A DNA stretch of 41,766 bases from an uncultured Candidatus Saccharibacteria bacterium (GTDB lineage: Bacteria; Patescibacteriota; Minisyncoccia; GCA-002772825). Location: assembly GCA_964560655.1 (NCBI GenBank), contig CAZLLR010000002.1, forward strand, positions 1 through 41,766, read 5' to 3'. The notes below the pieces were generated by a model. The model saw only the letters and a program-made list of their open reading frames with translations, did not search any database and was not told the DNA's origin. Positions 7,128-14,459 of this stretch are shown piece by piece. A program made the position numbers and the translations under genes. How positions within the stretch are numbered: position 1 is the first letter of the stretch; the number at the start of each line of letters is the position of its first letter.

Positions 7128-7257
7128 ACTATATTATAACCCATAAAGTAGTCCTCAATCAGGAGATAAAAAGTATCATTTTCCTAAGCCAAATACAGAG
7201 GGGAATTCTTCCAAAACAACACTTTCTATCTCTTTTTATCTTCTTTCTTCCTACTAT

Positions 7258-8070
7258 CTACTTACTAACAAAATACCTTCTCCACCTTTTATCACCCTCT
7301 TTCTCTAAGAGTCCAATATCTACCACATGGAGTAATCTACGCTGAATAGTCTTTTGACTCATCTTTGGAAAACGAGAAGAAATGTCCTTTATAGTGACAT
7401 GTCCATTCTTCTTAATAAAGTCTATAATCTCTCTTACTTGACTGTCCTTTTGAGCATTTAATACCTGATTTTTACTTAAGTCTTTTTTATTAGTATTAAC
7501 TATATCTTTATTACCAGAGTCTAAACGGTAGTTACCCCGAACAGAACTAGATCTATCATCATAGTTGCTTCTAATGGACATATTCTGCCCTTGTCCTTTA
7601 CCAAGTTGTCCTTTATGTATTGATTGTCCTTTACGCTGTCCATTACCCGTATCTGCCTGTCCTTTACCAAAAGGATTGTCCTTATGGACACTATCGGACA
7701 GCTCAGGGAATAGTTTGTCTGAAAATAATACCTCTTCTCTTTTATCGCTTTCTATAAGCTCGCTTATTTTTTCATATTCTCTCTTTAGTATCTCAAAATT
7801 TAAACCAGCGATAAAACCGCTAAGACTGGCTAAATCTAACATAGAAATCACCTTGTTTAAGGAGTCAAGTATCTCCATAAAAGAGGTTGTCTTATCTTGA
7901 GAAGTTTTATCCTTGAGAGAAACGACGTTTATTAGGATATTAACTGAAGCTTCTCTTAGTAGCCATTTAAGAGGTTCTTTGTCAGGTAAAAAATCCGTCA
8001 CCTTATATAAGGCATTTGTGATCTTCCCCACCCTTTCTGTTAAAAAAATATAACTTTCCTCATTTGCCAT
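7258..8070 (-). CDS. putative DNA-binding protein: N-terminal four-helix-bundle-like domain, KGQ-rich low-complexity linker, C-terminal winged-helix HTH
   Basis: ORF of 270 aa. The N-terminus (KITNALYKVTDFLPDKEPLKWLLREASVNILINV) resembles the pattern of 23S-rRNA-IVS/four-helix-bundle proteins. The linker is FGKGQADTGNGQRKGQSIHKGQLGKGQGQN. The C-terminus VREIIDFIKKNGHVTIKDISSRFPKMSQKTIQRRLLHVVDIGLLEKEG is wHTH-like (DeoR/MarR style). Confidence 0.55.
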   Translation of the reverse strand: MANEESYIFLTERVGKITNALYKVTDFLPDKEPLKWLLREASVNILINVVSLKDKTSQDKTTSFMEILDSLNKVISMLDLASLSGFIAGLNFEILKREYEKISELIESDKREEVLFSDKLFPELSDSVHKDNPFGKGQADTGNGQRKGQSIHKGQLGKGQGQNMSIRSNYDDRSSSVRGNYRLDSGNKDIVNTNKKDLSKNQVLNAQKDSQVREIIDFIKKNGHVTIKDISSRFPKMSQKTIQRRLLHVVDIGLLEKEGDKRWRRYFVSK

Positions 8071-8100
8071 AGCTTAAACTTAAAACTTAAACAAAGAAAA

Positions 8101-8160
8101 GTAAACCCTCCCTTCGCTTTAGCGAAGGTCACACTAAATTTTAGTGTGAGGGTAAACCCC
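8101..8160. repeat. structured repeat element, copy B (long form with nested hairpin)
   Basis: gtaaa CCCTC [CCTTCGC ttta GCGAAGG tc] ACACTAA att TTAGTGT GAGGG taaacccc. It sits in the divergent spacer between the wHTH gene and ftsK. Confidence 0.75.
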
Positions 8161-8181
8161 GCCGAGAGGGGTAAAGTTTTC

Positions 8182-8213
8182 CGCTTCCCGCTTTTCGCTT
8201 TTCGCTTTATAAT
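8182..8213 (+). promoter_or_regulatory. four tandem CGCTTTT-type heptamers running into a TATAAT box 6 nt upstream of the ftsK ATG
   Basis: cgcttcc cgctttt cgctttt cgcttta-taat, with TATAAT at 8208..8213 and the ATG at 8220. This geometry suggests a leaderless or near-leaderless ftsK mRNA. The -35 region is poor. Confidence 0.3.
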
Positions 8214-8219
8214 GTCACC

Positions 8220-10445
8220 ATGGCAAAAAAAGGTAAAAAGAATAATAGTAAAGTTAAGTGGCACTCTGGAGTAAAAGAAGAGACTAGGCATTCTATCCTT
8301 GCTGTAATCTCATTTGTTCTTGCACTCTTTTTCACACTCTCAGCAGTAGGTAGAGCCGGCATAGTTGGTGACTCAATATTTAAATTTTTTGAATTTCTTT
8401 TTGGAGGAGGATTTTTTCTTCTGCCCGTATCCTTTTTCTTGATCGGGGTCTCTTTTTTATCTTCGTTTCGACCGAACTTTATGTTAACGACATTTGTCAG
8501 TGGTATATTCTTTTTCATCTCAAGCCTGGGTCTTACTGACATCATACTTAAAGATGGAAAGTCTGGTGGCTTTATAGGGAAAGCAATTTCTTTTCCACTT
8601 CTAAAACTCTTTGATTTCTGGGTTAGCTTGATAATTCTTTTCGCAATTCTCGTGATCTCACTTCTCTTGATGTTTAACATGAGGCTTAAGTTGATCAAAC
8701 CAAGTTTCTTAAAGTGGCCAATCTTGAGCAAAAAAAATAACGTCAATTCTCCAGCAACTAATGACGAAGAAGATGAGTACGAGTCAGAAGAAGAGGAGGA
8801 ATATGATGATGAGGAAGAACCTCAAGAAAACTTGAAAGGTAAATTAAAAGGAGCCGTAAGTGCTATGAAAGAAAAAATTACTCCTAAGAAGAATTCCTTA
8901 GATGAAGGGTCGGAACTCATAATATCTTCAAGTACTCACTCGGGGGTAGTGTTCTCTCCTCCGCCTATGTCACTACTTGAACATGACAGGGGTAAACCAG
9001 CAGTCGGAGACACTAAAGCAAACTCCAATATCATAAAAAGAACTCTTCAAAACTTCGGCATAGAAACGGAGATGGGAGAAATATCGATAGGTCCATCTGT
9101 GACACAATACACACTCAAGCCGGCTGAGGGGGTGAAACTCTCTAAGATTATCGCCCTACAAAATGACCTTTCTTTATCTCTTGCTGCCTATCCTATCCGT
9201 ATAGAAGCTCCAATACCCGGAAAATCACTTGTCGGTATAGAGATACCAAATACAGTTAAAGCAATCGTCGGACTAGCTTCACTCTTGGGCGACGATGAGT
9301 ACAAGAATTCTCCTTACCCTCTTCTCTTTGCATTAGGAAGAGGCGTCTCAGGAAAAACATTTTTCTCAAACTTGGCAAAGATGCCTCACATACTTATAGC
9401 CGGCGCAACCGGGGCAGGTAAGTCAGTGATGATACACTCTCTCATAACTTCTCTTCTTTACAGAAATTCTCCAGAAAATCTTAAACTTATCTTAGTAGAC
9501 CCTAAGAGAGTCGAACTTACGCTCTATAACAATATACCTCACCTTCTTACACCAGTGGTCACAGATGCAAAGAAAGCCATCTTAGCTCTAAGGTGGGCAG
9601 CCAGAGAGATGGATAGACGATATGATATATTAGAGAAATATGGTGTCCGTGATGTTCAATCTTACCATAAGAATATACTCGCTCCTTATGTAAAAAAACA
9701 GCAAAAAAATGGTGCAGTAGAAGAAGATGAGAATGAAGGACCAGAAACCCTACCCTATATAGTAGTAGTGGTAGATGAGCTAGCTGATATTATGACAAGC
9801 TACCCCCGAGAACTTGAGTCAGCTATAGTAAGACTCGCTCAGATGTCTCGAGCAGTAGGAATACACCTTGTAATATCAACCCAAAGGCCTTCCGTAGAAG
9901 TTATCACAGGGCTTATTAAAGCGAATATCCCTTCTCGTATAGCCTTGCAAGTAGCTTCACAGATTGATTCTAGAACTATCCTTGATATGTCTGGAGCGGA
10001 GAAACTCTTAGGGTGCGGGGATATGCTGTATCTTGCAAGCGATATGTCCAAACCAAGGCGTATACAATCTCCTTTTATCTCAGAGAACGAAGTAAAGAAA
10101 GTTGTGAAATTCCTAAGAGATACTTATGAGGATTATCCGCCAGCTGATGGACCTAACGACATAAACCTCTTTGAAGCTGGAAATGATCAAGGCTCTATTT
10201 TTAGCCAAAAGTTTGATGACCCAAGTGCCTCAAGTGATGATGATGAACTGTATGAAGAAGCCAGAGAGACTGTAATAAAAGCCGGAAAAGCCTCTTCATC
10301 ATACTTACAGAGAAAGCTAAAAGTTGGCTATGCTAGAGCAGCACGACTACTTGATATGCTTGAAGAGCGTGGGGTCGTGGGGCCTGCCGACGGCTCAAAG
10401 CCGAGAGAAATATACGAAGAACCCTTAGATAATGACGAGTCCTAA
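8220..10445 (+). CDS. ftsK: DNA translocase FtsK/SpoIIIE
   Basis: ORF of 741 aa. N-terminal TM helices, an acidic linker, Walker A GATGAGKS, Walker B VVVVDELAD, and a gamma-domain wHTH SSSYLQRKLKVGYARAARLLDMLEERGVVGP. Confidence 0.92.
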   Translation: MAKKGKKNNSKVKWHSGVKEETRHSILAVISFVLALFFTLSAVGRAGIVGDSIFKFFEFLFGGGFFLLPVSFFLIGVSFLSSFRPNFMLTTFVSGIFFFISSLGLTDIILKDGKSGGFIGKAISFPLLKLFDFWVSLIILFAILVISLLLMFNMRLKLIKPSFLKWPILSKKNNVNSPATNDEEDEYESEEEEEYDDEEEPQENLKGKLKGAVSAMKEKITPKKNSLDEGSELIISSSTHSGVVFSPPPMSLLEHDRGKPAVGDTKANSNIIKRTLQNFGIETEMGEISIGPSVTQYTLKPAEGVKLSKIIALQNDLSLSLAAYPIRIEAPIPGKSLVGIEIPNTVKAIVGLASLLGDDEYKNSPYPLLFALGRGVSGKTFFSNLAKMPHILIAGATGAGKSVMIHSLITSLLYRNSPENLKLILVDPKRVELTLYNNIPHLLTPVVTDAKKAILALRWAAREMDRRYDILEKYGVRDVQSYHKNILAPYVKKQQKNGAVEEDENEGPETLPYIVVVVDELADIMTSYPRELESAIVRLAQMSRAVGIHLVISTQRPSVEVITGLIKANIPSRIALQVASQIDSRTILDMSGAEKLLGCGDMLYLASDMSKPRRIQSPFISENEVKKVVKFLRDTYEDYPPADGPNDINLFEAGNDQGSIFSQKFDDPSASSDDDELYEEARETVIKAGKASSSYLQRKLKVGYARAARLLDMLEERGVVGPADGSKPREIYEEPLDNDES

Positions 10446-10472
10446 CAGCATCCTCTATAAAACATACAAAAA

Positions 10473-10820
10473 ATGTTCAACAAAGATAAAATAATCATAA
10501 AAATTATAATAGGCTCTATTTTGTTTGTAATAGTCGCTGGTTATTCATATTATGAGATCAAAGACTTCCTTGCTGGGCCAAAAGTAGAGATAACTTCGCC
10601 CCAAGATGGTGATATCACACACCAGTCTCTCCTGAAGATACAAGGCACTACAAAAAATATCTCAAAATTACTCCTAAATGATAAACAAATTTTTACAGAT
10701 GAAGAAGGTATATTTAATGAGGAATTGCTCTTGTCTCTCGGTTATAATATAATAGAAGTTAAAGTTCGAGATAGATTTGAAAGAGAAACGAAAAAGACTT
10801 TAAAAGTAATATATAAATAA
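10473..10820 (+). CDS. hypothetical membrane-anchored protein with a small Ig-like domain
   Basis: ORF of 115 aa with an N-terminal TM helix and then a beta-rich segment (GPKVEITSPQDGDITHQSLLKIQGTT...YNIIEVKVRD). It sits between ftsK and recA on the same strand. Confidence 0.5.
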   Translation: MFNKDKIIIKIIIGSILFVIVAGYSYYEIKDFLAGPKVEITSPQDGDITHQSLLKIQGTTKNISKLLLNDKQIFTDEEGIFNEELLLSLGYNIIEVKVRDRFERETKKTLKVIYK

Positions 10821-10829
10821 ATACACACT

Positions 10830-11837
10830 ATGGCAAAAGCAAAGCCAAGAGTACACTTAGACAAAGACAGCAGTATAGAAGACACACTAAACTTAATAAG
10901 GACAAAATACGGAGAGGGTTCCATAATGAAACTGGGAGATACTCCGAAGGTTGATATAGATGTCATACCATCTGGTTCTATCGGGCTTGATGAAGCTCTG
11001 GGAGTAGGAGGAATACCATTAGGAAGGATTATCGAGATATTCGGACCTGAATCTTCAGGAAAGACGACGTTATCACTTCTTATGGTAGCTCAAGCTCAGA
11101 AGAAAGGTGGATTATGCGCATTTATAGATGCAGAACACGCTATGGACCCAGAATACGCAAAGAAATTAGGCGTCAAAATAGATGATCTTCTTATCTCTCA
11201 GCCTGACACAGGAGAACAAGCGCTTGAGATAACCGAGAGTCTTGTACGTTCTTGTAAACTAGACCTTATCGTTATAGATTCTGTAGCTGCTCTTACTCCG
11301 AGAGACGAGATAGAAGGAGAAATGGGAGCATATCACGTAGGTAAACAAGCAAGACTTATGTCTCAAGCTCTTCGTAAGCTCACAGCCATAGGGGCAAAGA
11401 GTAAGACTTCAGTAATCTTTATAAATCAGATCCGCATGCAGATAGGAGTGATGTTTGGTAACCCGGAAACAACGCCGGGAGGAAAAGCTCTTAAGTTTTA
11501 TTCATCTGTAAGGATTGACGTAAGGCGTATCGCTCAGATCAAAAAAGGAGAAGAAGTAATAGGTAACCGTATTCGCGCTAAAGTGGTTAAAAACAAAGTG
11601 GCTCCCCCTTTCAAAAAAGCAGAGTTTGACCTTATCTTCTCAGAAGGAATTTCAAGAGAAGGAGAACTCTTGGCCTTAGGGGAAGTTCATGAGATAGTAA
11701 CAAAAAGTGGCTCTTCTTATAGCTACGGTGAAGAAAAACTCGGAAGAGGATATGATGCCTCTCGCCTATTCCTTAAAGAAAATCCTAAAATATCAAAAGA
11801 GATAGAAAAAAAGATCAAAGAAGCCTTGAAAAAATAA
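10830..11837 (+). CDS. recA: recombinase RecA
   Basis: ORF of 335 aa. Walker [10 protein letters not shown], plus IDAEHALDP-like [25 protein letters not shown] and [22 protein letters not shown]. Confidence 0.95.
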   Translation: MAKAKPRVHLDKDSSIEDTLNLIRTKYGEGSIMKLGDTPKVDIDVIPSGSIGLDEALGVGGIPLGRIIEIFGPESSGKTTLSLLMVAQAQKKGGLCAFIDAEHAMDPEYAKKLGVKIDDLLISQPDTGEQALEITESLVRSCKLDLIVIDSVAALTPRDEIEGEMGAYHVGKQARLMSQALRKLTAIGAKSKTSVIFINQIRMQIGVMFGNPETTPGGKALKFYSSVRIDVRRIAQIKKGEEVIGNRIRAKVVKNKVAPPFKKAEFDLIFSEGISREGELLALGEVHEIVTKSGSSYSYGEEKLGRGYDASRLFLKENPKISKEIEKKIKEALKK

Positions 11838-11858
11838 AGCTTAATTTACGGGCAAAAT

Positions 11859-11891
11859 AAAAAGACCAGTCATCGTAAGACTGGTCTTTTT
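11859..11891. terminator. bidirectional rho-independent terminator (recA versus the convergent membrane-protein gene)
   Basis: aaaaaGACCAGTC atcgtaa GACTGGTCttttt, with A/T runs on both sides, between convergent genes. Confidence 0.8.
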
Positions 11892-11919
11892 ATAAATATA
11901 AACATGATACTTAAGCCTA

Positions 11920-12264
11920 TTAATTAAAACGACCTTTTATCCTCATGGGTATATTAAAATTAAATATGCCACGAAAAGCGTCCTTCAACAATAAGGATGT
12001 AAGAACTGCGATAAATACTAAGAATAACTTAACCATAATCTCTGTATGGATGAAAGCACTTAACACAAATCCGTAAACTGAAGTGATATTCAGAGCTGAC
12101 GGTAGATTCTTAAAAACACTACCAAAAGATATATAGAGTGTTATCTGCCAAGCTACGAGAGCAAATAAGCCTGTCCTTAAGTTAAAAGTCTTCCTAAAAA
12201 GCCAGATAGCATAGACTCTCCTCATAACCCCTCTTTTAAATTGTATATTTTCTTTATAATTCAT
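11920..12264 (-). CDS. small integral membrane protein, possible anti-sigma partner of the upstream ECF sigma factor
   Basis: ORF of 114 aa with 3 predicted TM segments. It starts 4 nt after the sigma-factor stop. The function is inferred from position only. Confidence 0.4.
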   Translation of the reverse strand: MNYKENIQFKRGVMRRVYAIWLFRKTFNLRTGLFALVAWQITLYISFGSVFKNLPSALNITSVYGFVLSAFIHTEIMVKLFLVFIAVLTSLLLKDAFRGIFNFNIPMRIKGRFN

Positions 12265-12267
12265 ACC

Positions 12268-12828
12268 CTACATAACTTCTATGCAGATCCGCTTAAGTTC
12301 CTTTTTAGCGCGGTGCACCCTCGTCTTCACCGCCTGAAGAGAGATTCCTTCGATCTTGGCTATTTCCTTTTGAGGTCTATCTTCTAAGAAGAATAAAGAC
12401 AAAATATGACTTAGTCTCTTTGGCATCTTAGACAATATAGAGATTACGAAGTCTTCAGTTTCACTTCTCTTGATATAATCGACTTTGTCGGGGATATTTT
12501 CATAAAAATCCACTTCTTCGTCAACAAACCATCTTTTTTCTTTCTGTTTCCTTCTATAAAAGGAAAAACTTGTATTTAAAACAATCCTATATGCCCACGC
12601 TTTAAAACTCCCCTCGTCTATCTCCCTAAACCTGCGAGCGTTAAAATAAATCTTCATAAAAGATTCTTGGACAATGTCTCTGGCAAGCTCTTCATCATGA
12701 ATAATGTCTTTTGCCTTGCGTAAAAAAGCATTTTGATACCTGTTAACTATTATTTCAAAAAGTGAGGGCTGGCTTAAGGATAAAGCTATGATCTCCTCGT
12801 CGCTTTTTGTTTTATCTTCAAAATCCAT
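12268..12828 (-). CDS. RNA polymerase sigma factor, ECF (sigma-70 group 4) family
   Basis: ORF of 186 aa. Region 2 is DIVQESFMKIY...AWAYRIVLN. Region 4 HTH is QKEIAKIEGISLQAVKTRVHRAKKELK. Confidence 0.8.
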   Translation of the reverse strand: MDFEDKTKSDEEIIALSLSQPSLFEIIVNRYQNAFLRKAKDIIHDEELARDIVQESFMKIYFNARRFREIDEGSFKAWAYRIVLNTSFSFYRRKQKEKRWFVDEEVDFYENIPDKVDYIKRSETEDFVISILSKMPKRLSHILSLFFLEDRPQKEIAKIEGISLQAVKTRVHRAKKELKRICIEVM

Positions 12829-12985
12829 TTTATTAAGCTAGAATCTACAATTGTCTCTACATATATTATAACATCGTAGAGCTAAAAAAGGTTACATTAG
12901 GACCAAATCAATCGTTTGCGCCCCACACCATTATACGAATTATAGATTGGACTTATCGCTTAAAATCTTATAAAATAAGGCTTAT

Positions 12986-13564
12986 ATGGCAATACTAGAA
13001 TATAATGAGATAAAAGAAAGGAAGTACATAATCTTTGATAATGAACCATACGAAGTTATAACCTCTCATGTCTTTCGCAAGCAAAAAAGAAAGCCCGTAA
13101 ACCAAACTAAGCTTAAAAACATGATCTCTGGCAGAATTGTCGAACATTCTTTCCATCAGAGCGACAAAGCGGTAGAAGCAAACATGGAGATTAAACATGT
13201 AAAATACTTATACTCAAATCCTAAGAAGAACGAAATATGGTTCTCTCAGGAAGACAACGCCGGAGGACGATTCTCTTTAGGTGAAGAAGTCATTGGTCCA
13301 GCTATAAAATTCCTTAAAGAAAATACAGTAGTAAATGCTCTGACGTTTGATGATAAAATTATAGGAATAAAACTCCCTATAAAAGTGGAGCTTAAGGTAA
13401 CAGAAGCGCCTCCCTCTATAAAAGGTAATACTGCCCAAGGAGGTAATAAGCAAGTGACTCTTGAGACTGGTGCAAATGTAAACACACCTCTCTTTATAAA
13501 CGAGGGGGATATTATAATGGTAAATACTGATACCGGAGAATATACGGAGAGAGTGAGTAAATAA
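12986..13564 (+). CDS. efp: elongation factor P (atypical beta3-beta4 loop)
   Basis: ORF of 192 aa, colinear with EF-P. Domain III carries KVTEAPPSIKGNTAQGGNKQVTLETGANVNTPLFINEGDIIMVNT. The loop region reads HVFRKQKRKPVNQTKLKN instead of the usual HVKPGKGxAxVRxKLKN. Confidence 0.85.
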   Translation: MAILEYNEIKERKYIIFDNEPYEVITSHVFRKQKRKPVNQTKLKNMISGRIVEHSFHQSDKAVEANMEIKHVKYLYSNPKKNEIWFSQEDNAGGRFSLGEEVIGPAIKFLKENTVVNALTFDDKIIGIKLPIKVELKVTEAPPSIKGNTAQGGNKQVTLETGANVNTPLFINEGDIIMVNTDTGEYTERVSK

Positions 13565-13590
13565 TTCTTCTCCTTAATATAAGTTAAACA

Positions 13591-13617
13591 AAAAAATCGC
13601 CAATTAGGCGATTTTTT
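13591..13617 (+). terminator. efp rho-independent terminator
   Basis: aaaaaaTCGCC aatta GGCGAtttttt, 27 nt after the efp stop. Confidence 0.75.
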
Positions 13618-13623
13618 AATGAC

Positions 13624-13667
13624 TTTTGAACGACTCAATCCGCCACAGCGGATTGAGTCGTTCAAAA
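13624..13667. repeat. 20-bp perfect-stem palindrome between convergent efp and rpsR (terminator-like or REP-like)
   Basis: ttttgaacgactcaatccgc caca gcggattgagtcgttcaaaa, read directly. Confidence 0.8.
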
Positions 13668-13686
13668 TATTCTTATATTAGTTAAA

Positions 13687-13890
13687 TTATCTACCAATAA
13701 AAGGCAAAAGAGCTAAGAAACGAGCACGCTTTATAGCAATGGCAAGTTTTCTCTGGTGTTTTGCGCAGGCACCGCTCTTTCTTCTCAATAATATGCGCGC
13801 CAAAGGATCAATAAATTTCTTTAAAGATTCAGTGTCTTTATAGTCGATTGACTTTATATTATTTATGCAAAAATAGCATTGTTTCGTCAT
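13687..13890 (-). CDS. rpsR: 30S ribosomal protein S18
   Basis: ORF of 67 aa. CYFC...IDYKD...LKKFI...RILLRRKSGACAKHQRKLAIAIKRARFLALLPF, in the conserved rpsF-ssb-rpsR order. Confidence 0.93.
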   Translation of the reverse strand: MTKQCYFCINNIKSIDYKDTESLKKFIDPLARILLRRKSGACAKHQRKLAIAIKRARFLALLPFIGR

Positions 13891-13915
13891 AATAGTTTTA
13901 TCAATTAATTCTTAA

Positions 13916-14374
13916 TTAAAATGGTATCTCATCAGGATTAACATCGTCTTCAGGATATTCTATAGTGTCAAGATTCTCGTTTTTATCGCCTTCTTTCTGT
14001 GCTCCACTTTCTTGAGTTGGTGCCGAAGGTTGTCCACTACCATCAGTTTTCCTTGGTCCAAATTGTACTCTCTCAGACACAATTTCTGTCCTGTAACGCT
14101 TGTTACCATCAGGTCCGTCCCAGCTTCTATTCTGAATCCTTCCTTCAATTAGAGCAGAGCTCCCCTTCTTAAGATACTGTGCCACAATCTCAGCTTGCTT
14201 ACCGAAAACTACAATATTATGAAACTGAGTATCATCCTTACGCTGACCACTCTGATCCTTCCAGACTCTGTTTGTAGCAATTGAAAATGAAGCCACTTGA
14301 GCACCAGAAGGAAGACTCCTTAACTCGGGGTCTCTTGTCAAATTACCTATAAGCAATACTTTATTTAAATTCAT
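13916..14374 (-). CDS. ssb: single-stranded DNA-binding protein
   Basis: ORF of 152 aa. OB-fold start MNLNKVLLIGNLTRDPELR, a Gly/Gln/Pro-rich tail and an acidic tip ending DEIPF. Confidence 0.93.
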   Translation of the reverse strand: MNLNKVLLIGNLTRDPELRSLPSGAQVASFSIATNRVWKDQSGQRKDDTQFHNIVVFGKQAEIVAQYLKKGSSALIEGRIQNRSWDGPDGNKRYRTEIVSERVQFGPRKTDGSGQPSAPTQESGAQKEGDKNENLDTIEYPEDDVNPDEIPF

Positions 14375-14395
14375 ATATGTTACTTTATATTATAA

Positions 14396-14459
14396 TATAC
14401 ACCCACCCTTTGCTTTTTGCAAAGGTCACACTAAGATTTCTTAGTGTGTGGGTATACCC
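14396..14459. repeat. structured repeat element, copy C (long form), overlapping the rpsF stop codon
   Basis: tatac a CCCAC [CCTTTGC ttttt GCAAAGG tc] ACACTAAG atttc CTTAGTGT GTGGG tataccc. It has the same architecture as copy B, with compensatory changes in two stems. Confidence 0.75.

Noticed and set aside
8071-8219. The divergent gene orientation (minus-strand genes to the left, ftsK and recA on the plus strand to the right), considered as a possible replication origin.
   Set aside because: The spacer contains no DnaA box, even allowing one mismatch by eye. It is only 149 nt, and the strand switch is not sustained because the genes return to the minus strand from 11.9 kb onward.
8040-8746. 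Minus-strand ORFs 8040..8291 and 8207..8746, which overlap the ftsK 5' region and the divergent spacer.
   Set aside because: They are antisense to the clearly real ftsK N-terminus or run across the repeat element. Composition is odd (K/R/F-rich) and no family resemblance is visible.
12947-12974. A TTGGAC-16-TATAAA promoter-like site upstream of efp.
   Set aside because: It would place the transcription start only about 5 nt before the ATG and downstream of the AAGG Shine-Dalgarno-like sequence. In roughly 30% GC spacer DNA this match is not distinguishable from chance.
13246-13665. A 139-aa minus-strand ORF antisense to efp and running through both terminator hairpins.
   Set aside because: It overlaps the confidently identified efp and two palindromes. 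This is a shadow ORF.
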